Below are positions 47,702 to 58,117 of a DNA stretch of 64,000 bases, piece after piece. The stretch's first letter is position 1; each line of letters opens with the position of its first letter. The stretch lies in sequence record PP885733.1; one strand, written 5' to 3'. Position numbers and translations under genes: made by a program. Below the pieces are notes generated by a model. The model ran no database searches and was not told the DNA's origin. It was given only the letters and a program-made list of their open reading frames with translations.

Positions 47702-49291
47702 ATGTCAACCATTTCTGAGATCCTTAATAAGTTCTCTGAACAGTCGATGATTCCGTCCCTGCTCTTTGATAAAATGTTGCAGGATACTGGGATTCAGCCA
47801 AAACCAGACGACCAGAGTTTCTACTCTCCGTTGTATCCTGACTTTGACGACTACGATCTCAAACACGACACATCGGTAACTCCTCCAATCTACCTGAACG
47901 ACTTCGACTTCAACATTGAAGAAGATCGTGCTCGTGTGGTGGAACTCCTTCGTACCGAATATGAAGGAAACAACTTTGACACTGTTGCGGCTTGTCAATG
48001 TAAGAAGTATCGTAGTAACAGTTATCTGGGTTCCGGCTTCCTCTGTGACAACTGTGGTACAGAAGTTGTTAAACCACTGACCAACAAGATCGAAACAAAG
48101 GTCTGGTTGAAACGTCCAGCAATGGTAAGCGGGTTCTTATCTCCGGCGATGTATGCGGTATTCTTCAGTAAACTGAATACCAAGTCTCCGAAGGTAAACC
48201 TGGTTGACTATTGGATCAATGGGGAGATCCGAGCAGAGAAACGCTTTAAGGACGTGAACAACAACGCGTTCAAAATCGCACAAAAACTGGAAGCATTCCG
48301 AGCCACTTTAGGTATTGACTTTGGCTATAACAGTTTTGTGGAAAACATCGATCTCATCATTCGCGGAGCGATCGAGCACGATGTCGGTAAAGTAATCGAT
48401 TTGACGGAAAGCGATCGATTGAACTATTCCCTGTTCTGGGAGAAGTATCGTAAGAAGGCGGTATTCAAATATCTACCATTGCCTAACAAAATAACCACAG
48501 TCGTAGAAAGCGACCAACGTGACCGTTATGTCAATAAAGAGCAAACTGATCTGGATAAGATCTACTTTACTCTGGCTGACACTTATCCGATTGACGATAT
48601 TCGTGTGGAAGATAACGAAGAGTTGATGGGTAAGAACATGAAGGCGCTGGTAGACGCATTGGCTGAAGTTCAAAAGAACATCCTGTTCGGTAAGAAAGGG
48701 ATGATTCGATATCATGCTGGTGCTGGTAAGTTACCATTAACCGGTCGTTCTATTATTACCGGTGAGTCTGGAGTGTGTCGTTCTGATACCGTCGTGTTAC
48801 CATGGCTGTATGGAATCACCTGTCTGGATAAACACCTGACCAACTGGTTATATCGTAAAGGTCTGACACCTCTGAAGGTTAAAGAGGTAATTCGTACGGC
48901 AGCGTATACTCGCCATCCTTTAATAGAGGAATTCTATAACTGGATCGAAACGAATCGCTACGCCATGATTACGGCAGGCCGAAACCCATCCATCCAGTAT
49001 CTGTCAGCTCGTGGATTCTTCTGTACCTTTAACAGGGATCTCGATGACAAATCCATTCGTATTCCGATCACCACCGTTAAGGAATTCGGTGCGGACTTCG
49101 ATGGAGACCAAATGTATGTGATCTTCATCCCGGATATGATGTCGAAAATCGAAGCATATTCCAGCTGGGGTCACCATCAGATGTTGGATCCTAACAAACT
49201 GTTTAAGACCAGCCGTTTTGCAACCCACACCAAGACCAACCTGTTGAACATCAACTCGGCGTTCTTGGATGAACCAATCGCGGATGAATAA
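47702..49291 (+). CDS. Non-virion RNA polymerase beta' subunit, N-terminal/catalytic part (phiKZ gp55-like)
   Basis: Zn motif CQC...CDNC, GRNP, catalytic GADFDGD; uninterrupted. Confidence 0.9.
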   Translation: MSTISEILNKFSEQSMIPSLLFDKMLQDTGIQPKPDDQSFYSPLYPDFDDYDLKHDTSVTPPIYLNDFDFNIEEDRARVVELLRTEYEGNNFDTVAACQCKKYRSNSYLGSGFLCDNCGTEVVKPLTNKIETKVWLKRPAMVSGFLSPAMYAVFFSKLNTKSPKVNLVDYWINGEIRAEKRFKDVNNNAFKIAQKLEAFRATLGIDFGYNSFVENIDLIIRGAIEHDVGKVIDLTESDRLNYSLFWEKYRKKAVFKYLPLPNKITTVVESDQRDRYVNKEQTDLDKIYFTLADTYPIDDIRVEDNEELMGKNMKALVDALAEVQKNILFGKKGMIRYHAGAGKLPLTGRSIITGESGVCRSDTVVLPWLYGITCLDKHLTNWLYRKGLTPLKVKEVIRTAAYTRHPLIEEFYNWIETNRYAMITAGRNPSIQYLSARGFFCTFNRDLDDKSIRIPITTVKEFGADFDGDQMYVIFIPDMMSKIEAYSSWGHHQMLDPNKLFKTSRFATHTKTNLLNINSAFLDEPIADE

Positions 49292-49959
49292 TGATAAACG
49301 CAACTAGTGCATTTTCGAGAGCATGTTCCGGATCTATGACTGAAGGAAGTGCTAATGCGTTTGACCAGTTCATGGGTAACTTCTATCAGAAGTATGAGAA
49401 CCTAACCGGATGGCTAGGTGAAACCATGCAGTCTGTTAAAGACGCTCACCGGAACTTTATGGATAGTCGCATGTGGGAATTCGGAAACCGCATGAATGGG
49501 AAGGACGGCACATATGTAGGACGTTTCGAAATCGGCTATCTGTCTGAAGCTAAGTATCAGCAACAGGCTACCGGGTTCATGCGTGACTACATTATGGCTA
49601 ACCCAACAGCAATGGCTCTTTATGAGCTTGAGCGTATCTCTGGTTATGACGGAGATTTCAGTGCTCTGTGTAACGGCATCGGTCGTGACAACTACTTCTA
49701 TAACAAAGCAATGGACGGTAAGGTTCACTTTGACGCAGAAGCAGAAACTCTGACCCGTACTGTTTATACCAATAGTCGTGATAATCTCACTCATCTCACA
49801 TTCCGTGAGCGTGTGGATATTCATCGTACTTGGGCGGCCACTAACCTTCATATCGCAAATGACATGTTCGACCCAACCAGTGTAACTGGCGGGAAGATTC
49901 TGAGCGTTGAAGAAGTGGAAGAAATCAAACGTAAACTAGCAATGGAAGCTGGAGAGTAA
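49291..49959 (+). CDS. Conserved core hypothetical protein
   Basis: 222 aa coupled to beta'; terminator at 49966-49995. Confidence 0.7.
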   Translation: MINATSAFSRACSGSMTEGSANAFDQFMGNFYQKYENLTGWLGETMQSVKDAHRNFMDSRMWEFGNRMNGKDGTYVGRFEIGYLSEAKYQQQATGFMRDYIMANPTAMALYELERISGYDGDFSALCNGIGRDNYFYNKAMDGKVHFDAEAETLTRTVYTNSRDNLTHLTFRERVDIHRTWAATNLHIANDMFDPTSVTGGKILSVEEVEEIKRKLAMEAGE

Positions 49960-50046
49960 TACTGAGTAGCTGGCCTCCGGGTCAGCTACCCTTTATGTCT
50001 TTATTTTTTTTTGATTCAATGATTTGATAACTTCCACTGTGGGTAA

Positions 50047-50514
50047 ATGAAAATGAAGAATTTGGGTTATTGCGAATTGCAAGTAGACCTCGGTAGCGGA
50101 ATGAAGTTGGTTAAAGCCATCCAGGATAAACTGGGCGCTGAAATCGACATCATCCCCGTTAATAAGCTCCACGCTACTATCATGTACGATGTACGCAATC
50201 CTGATGTTGAGCCAAGTAAATCTGATAAGGTTTACAAAGCCAAAGTTATCGGGGTTCAGGAAATGGGCGAATCCACTTCTCGGTGGCACGCAGCTGCGTT
50301 GATTTTGGAGTGCGAACCTGTCCAGGATCGTCACCAGAAACTGAAGGATGAAGGTTTCGAACATTCCTATCCAGATCTCCTCTTACACGTTTCGATCTCT
50401 TATGGCGAAGCTACCGGCATTGTCCTTCCTGCGTTGGAGGAGATGCTTAAAGAAGGTAAGCTCCCTGGGACTATCGTTCTGTGCAATGAAACCTGGGATT
50501 CGTGCAAAGACTAG
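50047..50514 (+). CDS. acb1: 2H phosphodiesterase, Acb1/T4 gp57B-like (anti-CBASS)
   Basis: Two Hx(T/S) motifs, LHATIMY and LHVSISY, about 70 aa apart; ~155 aa. Confidence 0.75.
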   Translation: MKMKNLGYCELQVDLGSGMKLVKAIQDKLGAEIDIIPVNKLHATIMYDVRNPDVEPSKSDKVYKAKVIGVQEMGESTSRWHAAALILECEPVQDRHQKLKDEGFEHSYPDLLLHVSISYGEATGIVLPALEEMLKEGKLPGTIVLCNETWDSCKD

Positions 50515-50618
50515 TAGTGTGAGTAACTGGGTGTGGACCTAAGCTGTTCACTTGTATCTTGTTTCTGGACTATGATACTTAAGGATAACACCTTACTTAA
50601 TTATAGAGAGAAATCACT

Positions 50619-50774
50619 ATGTCTATGTTTTCTGATCAAGTAGCTTTCGGTGCAGCAATGTTATCAGGCATTGTGGTGATGATCTTCGGATACGTCGCCT
50701 GGAATGGCATTAAGAAAATTGTTGCTGACTGCCGCCACAAAAACCACGCTATGGCTATGCGTAATCGCCATTAA
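50619..50774 (+). CDS. Small membrane protein (51 aa), absent from the ORF track
   Basis: MSMFSDQVAFGAAMLSGIVVMIFGYVAWNGIKK...; purine-rich SD; one TM helix and a basic tail. Confidence 0.6.
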   Translation: MSMFSDQVAFGAAMLSGIVVMIFGYVAWNGIKKIVADCRHKNHAMAMRNRH

Positions 50775-50847
50775 TCAGAATTAGGAACCTCCGTCATTGG
50801 GGGTTCCTATTCTTAATCTATTATTTTTTTGTTCGAGGAGAACAGAA

Positions 50848-51258
50848 ATGCCAAAGGGCGTAGTAGCGACTATGGATACTGTTGGGTATCTCACGGAACC
50901 TACAGTGAAGGCAGACCGCGCAATCACATATTGGTTCGCAAACCGTATTGACCAGTGTATCATCCTCCGGGACATTTACTCTTATCAATACGTCGTTGCC
51001 AAACATCAGGACGATAAGGGTTCTGATGAGAAATTCCTTCAGGATGTAGAAAGTAACTTGAGGGGTTATTTATTGGAAATCTTTGAAGGTGCTTCGGTAT
51101 CTGCTCGTGCTGTTCGTGAGCATGATTATGACAAGATGTTTACTCTTGCAGTATCTGCCGTAGTCTTCGAAGATGGAAAAGAATACGACGTAGCTCAGGC
51201 CGTTTACATCAACGGGTCTAACTACGAAATCATTGATAAAGGTAGAGGGTTAAGATAA
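50848..51258 (+). CDS. Conserved core hypothetical protein
   Basis: Start placed at MPKGV after GAGGAG. Confidence 0.75.
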   Translation: MPKGVVATMDTVGYLTEPTVKADRAITYWFANRIDQCIILRDIYSYQYVVAKHQDDKGSDEKFLQDVESNLRGYLLEIFEGASVSARAVREHDYDKMFTLAVSAVVFEDGKEYDVAQAVYINGSNYEIIDKGRGLR

Positions 51259-52058
51259 TGGCGCATCCAGCCGTACAACAGCTTGATAAGTCAAAGCACG
51301 GTAAACTTGTCGACTTCCTGAACTCCAGCTTCAAGTCCATGGAGATCGGCGGTAAGAACGTTATTCAATCACCAGACGGAGAGTTCCTGGAATACGTCCT
51401 GATGGACGAGCAATACTTCCTGGACAACTGGCTGGCTCAGTTCGCAATCGGTCAAGTTGGCCAAACCAACTACTTCAACCACCAAGAGTGGTCTGATATG
51501 ACTCAGGGCTTCACCAAAGGTGTTATCGTCCTGAATGCCGATCAACAACCGGTTCTTATTATCCGTAAGTTCATTGATATGGACTTGGGTGTTAACGCTC
51601 AATCCTATCTGGACTATTATGCTCGTCAGGCGGCACATGCCGTATTCATTCCTGAGAAATCAGAAGTGGATGAGATCGTTAACCACTTCAGCGAGGTCGC
51701 TGTGGCGTTAACTGGTCAGAACCCTGACTACGATACCCTGACAGCGTTGATCCCGTATGAGTACTATCTGGCTCATGGTGTGGATCCTACGGTCGTTAAA
51801 CAGGTTATCCATATCCGCGATAACTTCTCCTATAAAGGAGAGAAGCTGGATGAGTCGTCTGAGATTCTGCCAAAGGTTGAAGAGATTCTGTACAAGAATG
51901 CCCGCGGCGGTAAACTCACCACTCTGGAAAAAGATCTGATCTCTGAGATCACCGAAGATCAATTTATTTTCAACGACGACACCAATATCGTAGATACCAA
52001 TGTTCAGACCACCAAAGCTGAACAATCACCTGATGATTACGACCCAATGGCTGATTAA
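51258..52058 (+). CDS. Conserved core hypothetical protein
   Basis: 266 aa, coupled to the previous gene. Confidence 0.75.
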   Translation: MAHPAVQQLDKSKHGKLVDFLNSSFKSMEIGGKNVIQSPDGEFLEYVLMDEQYFLDNWLAQFAIGQVGQTNYFNHQEWSDMTQGFTKGVIVLNADQQPVLIIRKFIDMDLGVNAQSYLDYYARQAAHAVFIPEKSEVDEIVNHFSEVAVALTGQNPDYDTLTALIPYEYYLAHGVDPTVVKQVIHIRDNFSYKGEKLDESSEILPKVEEILYKNARGGKLTTLEKDLISEITEDQFIFNDDTNIVDTNVQTTKAEQSPDDYDPMAD

Positions 52059-52083
52059 TTAACCAGTGGGTGTAGAGGAAACG

Positions 52084-53220
52084 ATGAAGAAAAAGTTTAA
52101 AGGTTTGTTCTCAACAGACCACCATACACTGCACCCACATACTCCTACTCGTCATATCCTCAGTAACCTGACAACCTTCTATGAGAAGGAAAACAAGTTA
52201 GAGGATATTGATCTTAGTCTCTGGGGTGGAGACTTCTTTCATGATCTGGCACCAGCCAACGATCCAAACATACTTCTGTGCCAACGTTGGGTGAAACGCC
52301 ACCTTCAGCTTTGTCATGACAAGAAAGTTCATGTAAGGGTTCTCGAAGGCACCTCATCTCACGATTGGGGACAACCAGAAATGTTTGATATCATGCGACC
52401 TAAGGACAGTCCATATATCAAGTATATCAATACACTCTCTATAGAGTACATTCCTGAACTGAATCTCCACATCATGTACGTCCCGGATAACTTCGGTCAT
52501 ACCTCGACTGAGATTATCTACGAACAGGCATTAAAACTTCTAGCCAACAATAACCTGACTCAGGTTGATATGATCGTACTTCACGGCGGGTTCGATTACC
52601 AGCTTCCACCAATCGCTAACAAGAATGGATCCTTGTACGATTCGGTCAAATGGCAAGCATTGGCTAAGAAAGTCATTTTCAGTGGCCACATTCATAAACC
52701 GTCCGAAAAGGGTATTATCAAATGTGGTGGTTCTTTCGACAGAACAGCATTTGGTGAGATGCACCCAAAAGGTGCTTATCGGTTTGAATGGGACGACGAT
52801 TCATTCAGTGCGTCATTCTGGGAAAACAAAAATGCCCAGATCTATGACAAGATCCTCATTAATAAGGAGATGGATGCTAAGCAGATCACCAGAGAGCTTA
52901 ACAACTATCTTGCAAAGAACCCTCCAAAGAACACAAAGATTCGTTTGGTCGGTGGATTGGCTTCAGTAACAGGTACATTGATTAACGAGTACAAGGAACA
53001 GTACCCTCAATACTCCTTTGACGTGGATAACGCCAAAGAAGATAACATTGAGATCGATGACACTTTATATACTCCAGAGATGTACACTGGAGTTGCTCTG
53101 AACGCCGGGAACCTTAAGGATAGTTTGTTTAACTTTATGGGTTCCACCATTCACCAGAACAATGACATTGATGTGGGTATGCTGGAGACCTTATTAGCAG
53201 AGGTTATGGATGAATCGTAA
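52084..53220 (+). CDS. SbcD/Mre11-like metallophosphoesterase nuclease
   Basis: Motifs DHH, GDFF, EGTSSHD, HGG, GHIH; start at MKKKF after AGAGGA. Confidence 0.88.
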   Translation: MKKKFKGLFSTDHHTLHPHTPTRHILSNLTTFYEKENKLEDIDLSLWGGDFFHDLAPANDPNILLCQRWVKRHLQLCHDKKVHVRVLEGTSSHDWGQPEMFDIMRPKDSPYIKYINTLSIEYIPELNLHIMYVPDNFGHTSTEIIYEQALKLLANNNLTQVDMIVLHGGFDYQLPPIANKNGSLYDSVKWQALAKKVIFSGHIHKPSEKGIIKCGGSFDRTAFGEMHPKGAYRFEWDDDSFSASFWENKNAQIYDKILINKEMDAKQITRELNNYLAKNPPKNTKIRLVGGLASVTGTLINEYKEQYPQYSFDVDNAKEDNIEIDDTLYTPEMYTGVALNAGNLKDSLFNFMGSTIHQNNDIDVGMLETLLAEVMDES

Positions 53221-54001
53221 TTTAGGTACTATCCCAATAAGTGTCGGTACAGCACTTGCATTGGAGATATTAACCGGCACCCCTATGCATAAGTATCACG
53301 CTCTCATGTTCAATCTGAGAACGTTAATACGAAACACAAGGCAAGCTTATGACGATGTTGTTCCAGGGCGTCAGGAGCTGTTTGAAGCCGTTAGGGATGA
53401 CGTTAAAGGTATTGCAGAGTTCATAGTCTCGTTGAAGTTGAGAACGACATTGGAGTTAAAGTTTTACTACCCCAGCTATAAGTCGTTACCAAGACTGTTT
53501 CCTTTAGCCAAGTTGAAAGACGTTAAGGTTAAAGGAACTCAGCTTCAGAAAGATACACTCGAACTGGACGAGTGGGTTGCTAACAAGATCTGTGATGAGT
53601 TTGGTCAAGCTATTACCAAGAACGATTCGGTTATCCCTCGTTTTCCTGGCGATGCTTTAATCATGACTCATCACCCGGTCGATCTCGTTACAACAGAATC
53701 TTACACGAGACTCCATCTATTAGAATCACACACCGGTAACATTAAGAGTTATTCTCTTTTCTATACCAAGTTAACAGGTTCGGATAAACTGGTTAATATC
53801 CCCTTGAACAAAGTCACGATTCAACTGTTCGGGGATAACTCAGTGAACTTCTATTCCTTTAACCAAGGTGTGAAGAACGAAATCAAACAGCTTGCTGATA
53901 TAGCGAAATGGAGCACAGCATCAACTCCATCCTTCGTAGCACGATCAATCCGCTCTCTTGGCCCAAGCCCTGAGAAAGACATCCTTTTGAAAATGATATA
54001 A
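53210..54001 (+). CDS. Conserved core protein (phiKZ gp66-like position)
   Basis: 263 aa following the SbcD gene; synteny. Confidence 0.6.
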   Translation: MNRNLGTIPISVGTALALEILTGTPMHKYHALMFNLRTLIRNTRQAYDDVVPGRQELFEAVRDDVKGIAEFIVSLKLRTTLELKFYYPSYKSLPRLFPLAKLKDVKVKGTQLQKDTLELDEWVANKICDEFGQAITKNDSVIPRFPGDALIMTHHPVDLVTTESYTRLHLLESHTGNIKSYSLFYTKLTGSDKLVNIPLNKVTIQLFGDNSVNFYSFNQGVKNEIKQLADIAKWSTASTPSFVARSIRSLGPSPEKDILLKMI

Positions 54002-54012
54002 GTGAGATTAAA

Positions 54013-54810
54013 ATGAGCAACTTCGGTGGAAACAATAACGGTCAACAATTCGCACGTCGTCCTCAGACTCTGTTCAACGACTACCGTTACCCGATGCCTA
54101 CTTCTGACAAACCGGTTGAAGGCGCTAAATACCCAGCGCGTTGGACCTGGGAACTCGGCCTGTCTGGTCAGATCTTCTTCAAGGTCAATGACGGCGTCTG
54201 GGGTAAAGATGATAAGAACGCGAAGTCCAAAGAAGTTGAACTGTCCAACTTCGATCGTAACGCAATCCTGAACCTGATGGAAAATGCGATCAACGATGTG
54301 AACTTCTCCAAAGCTCAGTACCACGTTAAGAAGATCACCTTCGGTAACGGCGGTAAACTGAACGACTACCCATCTACCCTGGCTACCTTCACCATCATCC
54401 GTGATCCTGAAGGTAAAATCCTGGTGGGTTACACCAAAGGGACTTACAAAGTAATGTTCCCGTTCACTTCTCCATACGAGTCCACTATTCTGGTTGCACA
54501 GAACGGCGGCGAGCCTCAGGAAGCGAAAGGTCTGATGAGTCGTGTCTTCTGTAAGGCATTCATCGACTACTCTCGTAAATTCCTGGATCAGTACGAGTAC
54601 GAAAACTACAAACCGAAAGAGAAGAAAGACAGCGGCAATGGTGGTAACTTCAGCCGTGGTAACGGTGGTGGTAACTCCTGGGGCGGTAACAATAACCAAG
54701 GTGGCGGCAACAGCGGTGGTAATAGCTGGGGCGGTAATGGCGGGAATGGCAATGGCGGCGGTCAGCAATCTCGTTCAATGCCTGAGTTCGATGGCGACAT
54801 TGACTTCTAA
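54013..54810 (+). CDS. Probable ChmC-like nucleic-acid-binding protein with G/N-rich tail
   Basis: SSB-like architecture with a G/N low-complexity tail ending DGDIDF; position just before the sigma-like and PicA-like genes. Confidence 0.6.
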   Translation: MSNFGGNNNGQQFARRPQTLFNDYRYPMPTSDKPVEGAKYPARWTWELGLSGQIFFKVNDGVWGKDDKNAKSKEVELSNFDRNAILNLMENAINDVNFSKAQYHVKKITFGNGGKLNDYPSTLATFTIIRDPEGKILVGYTKGTYKVMFPFTSPYESTILVAQNGGEPQEAKGLMSRVFCKAFIDYSRKFLDQYEYENYKPKEKKDSGNGGNFSRGNGGGNSWGGNNNQGGGNSGGNSWGGNGGNGNGGGQQSRSMPEFDGDIDF

Positions 54811-54884
54811 TATCTGGTAGTTGCATAACCCTAACCTAGAGAGCTTTCTGGCTCTCTAGGTTTTATGTCTCTATACTTTTTTGA

Positions 54885-54908
54885 ACAGATATTATTAAGA
54901 TGTATAAC
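54885..54908 (+). promoter_or_regulatory. Putative early promoter
   Basis: CAGATATTAT-taaga-TGTA, after the terminator at 54833-54866. Confidence 0.6.
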
Positions 54909-54925
54909 ATGAGAGGAATTTAGCA

Positions 54926-56560
54926 ATGCGTTATGATATCAGGATGTCTGGCAAAAAGAACATCGATGCTATCATCGTCACCCATAACGGCGAAGAGATC
55001 ATCTTTAAAGGTGTTCAAAAAGTTAATGGCGGTGATGCTGACCAGGAACTCTTTGAATTCATGAACGAATTCTTCCAGGGTGTTGATCCAGTGGTTCTGG
55101 ACAAACTCTGGGTACAGCTCAAGAAAGGCAAGCAGATTCTCGAACCTGGCTACTTCGATGAAACTGATAGTTCCGAACTGACTGAGCTGCGTGCTAAGAA
55201 CATGGACTATAAGTATCTGACCTCTGAACTGGAACATGTAATCCGCGATATGTATAAGCTGATTACTCCAAGTGAAATTGGTTATGGCGCTCTGGTCTCT
55301 GGCAAATGCGCTGCACCGAAAGATCTGATGGCAATGAGTCAGATGGGTGACTATCCGGAAGAAACCACAATTGACGATGTCAAGTATGGTGAGTTGGTTA
55401 AACTGGCGTTCGCCGGTCAACTGACATTCCCGATCATTAACCAACTGCTCGATCACATCTATGTAATCACCGGTAAAGATTACAAAGACGCAGCACCTGG
55501 CCGTATGATGTCCCAAATCGAATCCTTAAAGGCAATGCCTGGTTGGACGATTCTGGATACCTATGTCCGAGCATCCTGCCTCCGTCAGGAAGCAAGACGC
55601 AATAGTGTTGGCGTTGTGTCGGATGTTAAGTACATCGATCACATTGTATATAAAGGACTGTTCAACAAACTCTGTCTGACATTCTTGCCAAGCAAAGCTG
55701 CCGGTAAGAACCTGTCGAAAGAACTGAACAGTTTGGTCGAAGGTGAAATCCGTGGTGGGACTGATATCAAGTTCAAAACCTATAAGGATCCAAAGCCCGG
55801 TTCCGATGATCAATCGATTCCGGAATCCTATCGTATCGCTCAGGCGGTTAACGGTACCGATGAGATTGCTCAGGCTGAGTACTTCACTTTCAATATGTAT
55901 ATTGAGAAGGAAGGGCAAGATGCATTCGGTAACCCGACAGTTGTTCTGGAGAAGAAACCAAAAGACTTCTTCAGCTATCAATGTGCAGGGTTGGGAATTA
56001 AGAATCAATTCCTGGCTGAGCGTCTTTTCAATAACCTGCCACGAGTATGGAAGTTCCAACTGAACACAATCCATATTAAGCTACTCCAGATGACTTTTAT
56101 TAAAGACATCAACTATTACCTGATTCCAGTTCTGAACTATGATCAGTTAATGGCGGCGTTGTGTCTGGCACAGGTTAAACTGTTTGAAATGGGATTCGAG
56201 CATTTGGCTACGCTCATGACCATTGTCCGTAACCCTGACTATCCTTTAGCGTATCTGGACGACGACTTTAAGTTGACGACCAAAGATCGTGAAATGCTGG
56301 TCGAACTGTGTGACGTTTACACCGGGCAAAATGTAAACAGCACCGAAAACATTCTGGTGAAATCCATCTCTGATTTCCTGGATGAGTTAAGCACTTCCGG
56401 TTGGGATTCGACTATCGAACCTGGTCTGTTGGGCAATGAGAAATTCGTAAACGCAATGAGTGGCGGTCACCGCTATCAGGTCGACATGGTGCCTGAGATC
56501 AAACGAGAACTCCTGGCGTTAGTTAAAATGGCAAATACTGTAGAAGCAACTGAGGAATAA
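54926..56560 (+). CDS. nvRNAP specificity (sigma-like) subunit, phiKZ gp68-like
   Basis: 544 aa; size and position in the conserved block. Confidence 0.65.
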   Translation: MRYDIRMSGKKNIDAIIVTHNGEEIIFKGVQKVNGGDADQELFEFMNEFFQGVDPVVLDKLWVQLKKGKQILEPGYFDETDSSELTELRAKNMDYKYLTSELEHVIRDMYKLITPSEIGYGALVSGKCAAPKDLMAMSQMGDYPEETTIDDVKYGELVKLAFAGQLTFPIINQLLDHIYVITGKDYKDAAPGRMMSQIESLKAMPGWTILDTYVRASCLRQEARRNSVGVVSDVKYIDHIVYKGLFNKLCLTFLPSKAAGKNLSKELNSLVEGEIRGGTDIKFKTYKDPKPGSDDQSIPESYRIAQAVNGTDEIAQAEYFTFNMYIEKEGQDAFGNPTVVLEKKPKDFFSYQCAGLGIKNQFLAERLFNNLPRVWKFQLNTIHIKLLQMTFIKDINYYLIPVLNYDQLMAALCLAQVKLFEMGFEHLATLMTIVRNPDYPLAYLDDDFKLTTKDREMLVELCDVYTGQNVNSTENILVKSISDFLDELSTSGWDSTIEPGLLGNEKFVNAMSGGHRYQVDMVPEIKRELLALVKMANTVEATEE

Positions 56561-56564
56561 TAGC

Positions 56565-58100
56565 ATGAATCTGGTAAAAGCACGCGTAGGTCTGACTAAC
56601 TTCTATCACAACCAAGTTATTCGTAACGTGGCGATGGACTTCGACTCTACGATCATCGATCAGATGACTGAAGAGAATATCTCTGGCGGTATCTCTGGCG
56701 CAACTCTGCTGAACGCAGCTGTAATGTCTGGTGGCCTGAATGCTCAGGCTTCTGGTTATGCAAACATCGTTGGCGGTTGGAACGAATCCAAAGGTCTGAT
56801 GATGCTGACCTTCGTCACCGAAGATACACCGGTAAGCGTTGTATATATGAACGTTATCGGTTATGTGACCAACAACGGTTCCCTGGAAGGTCTGACTACC
56901 GATGCGGTATTCACTCCGGTAATGAGCTGGAAGTCTCACGAAACGTTGACTGGTTCTCTGAACATCGATAACCCAACCAACGTGAAACGCACCATCGGCG
57001 GTCGTACTGACTATCTGCTGAATGATGGTTCTCAGAACTCCATGATCTCTCTGCGTCCGAATGACGTTATCGATTATTCTATCGAGCGTGCAAACCAGCA
57101 GGACATCATGAACCGTATGCAGGAAGAAGGTCTGGACAGCATGATCCCTACCACTACCGTAGGTGCTTCTGATATCAACCGTGTCGGCGTGGTAGCATCC
57201 AAACGTTCTAACGTTAACCCATCCATGTATGCAGCGGACATTCTGAAAGCCGGTACTGGTTATCAGCGTAACGCGTCCATCAGTAACAACATGCTGGACA
57301 GCATGGGTACAAACGAATCCGCATTCGACGGTATGTTCAACGAACTGGCAAACCTGTCTTATCAGGCAAGCAACGTTGAACCGAATCTGATTCGAGATGA
57401 CTTCTTCCATGAAATGATGGAAATGATGGGTACGTCTCAGATGCGCGGGTTCCGTGGCTGGTCTATCATGGATCTGGTATCGGCATTCGAAAACCTGAAC
57501 GATGTTCTGGACCTGACCTTCATGGATCAGTCTCAGTTCCCAACCGTGGACTTCACCCAGAACACTGAAGTACTGGGTACCTCACAAGTTGAAGATATCG
57601 TATCTCAGGAAATCACGCTGAACATCATGGACCTGATGATTAAGTATGGTCTGAACATGATCAGCTTCCGTGGCTCCAACTGTGACAACTTCGGCGGTGA
57701 CGGCAGTGGCTCCAACATCGTAATCATGCCGTATAACCCGGCGTCATTATCTGATGACGATTACACCGTCGGTAATAAAGCAGAAGGTTTTGTAAATGAA
57801 CTGCAGTCCCAAATCTTTGCAAAACTGAACGGTGTTCGTTTGCATCAGATGACTCCTGTTCGTTTCGACGTTACTGCGGAACTGTTCGGTACCTGTGTAA
57901 TCAACATCGTAGTTGTCGACGAAAACAATCAGCAGTTGGGCTTCTCCATTAACGACGCTGGAGTTCCTAATGGAATGTTCTCCCGCTGCTTCCCAACGTT
58001 TGCGTTGAACAACTTCAGTTCGGTGGTCGGTGATAAAGAGTCTGCGCAAGTAGCTGGCTCCAACTTCTTCCAGAACCTCGAAACCTATTTCAAATATTAA
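56565..58100 (+). CDS. Probable nuclear import factor PicA/Imp1 (phiKZ gp69-like)
   Basis: 511 aa directly after the gp68-like gene; synteny only. Confidence 0.55.
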   Translation: MNLVKARVGLTNFYHNQVIRNVAMDFDSTIIDQMTEENISGGISGATLLNAAVMSGGLNAQASGYANIVGGWNESKGLMMLTFVTEDTPVSVVYMNVIGYVTNNGSLEGLTTDAVFTPVMSWKSHETLTGSLNIDNPTNVKRTIGGRTDYLLNDGSQNSMISLRPNDVIDYSIERANQQDIMNRMQEEGLDSMIPTTTVGASDINRVGVVASKRSNVNPSMYAADILKAGTGYQRNASISNNMLDSMGTNESAFDGMFNELANLSYQASNVEPNLIRDDFFHEMMEMMGTSQMRGFRGWSIMDLVSAFENLNDVLDLTFMDQSQFPTVDFTQNTEVLGTSQVEDIVSQEITLNIMDLMIKYGLNMISFRGSNCDNFGGDGSGSNIVIMPYNPASLSDDDYTVGNKAEGFVNELQSQIFAKLNGVRLHQMTPVRFDVTAELFGTCVINIVVVDENNQQLGFSINDAGVPNGMFSRCFPTFALNNFSSVVGDKESAQVAGSNFFQNLETYFKY

Positions 58101-58117
58101 TTACGGAAACTTAGACA

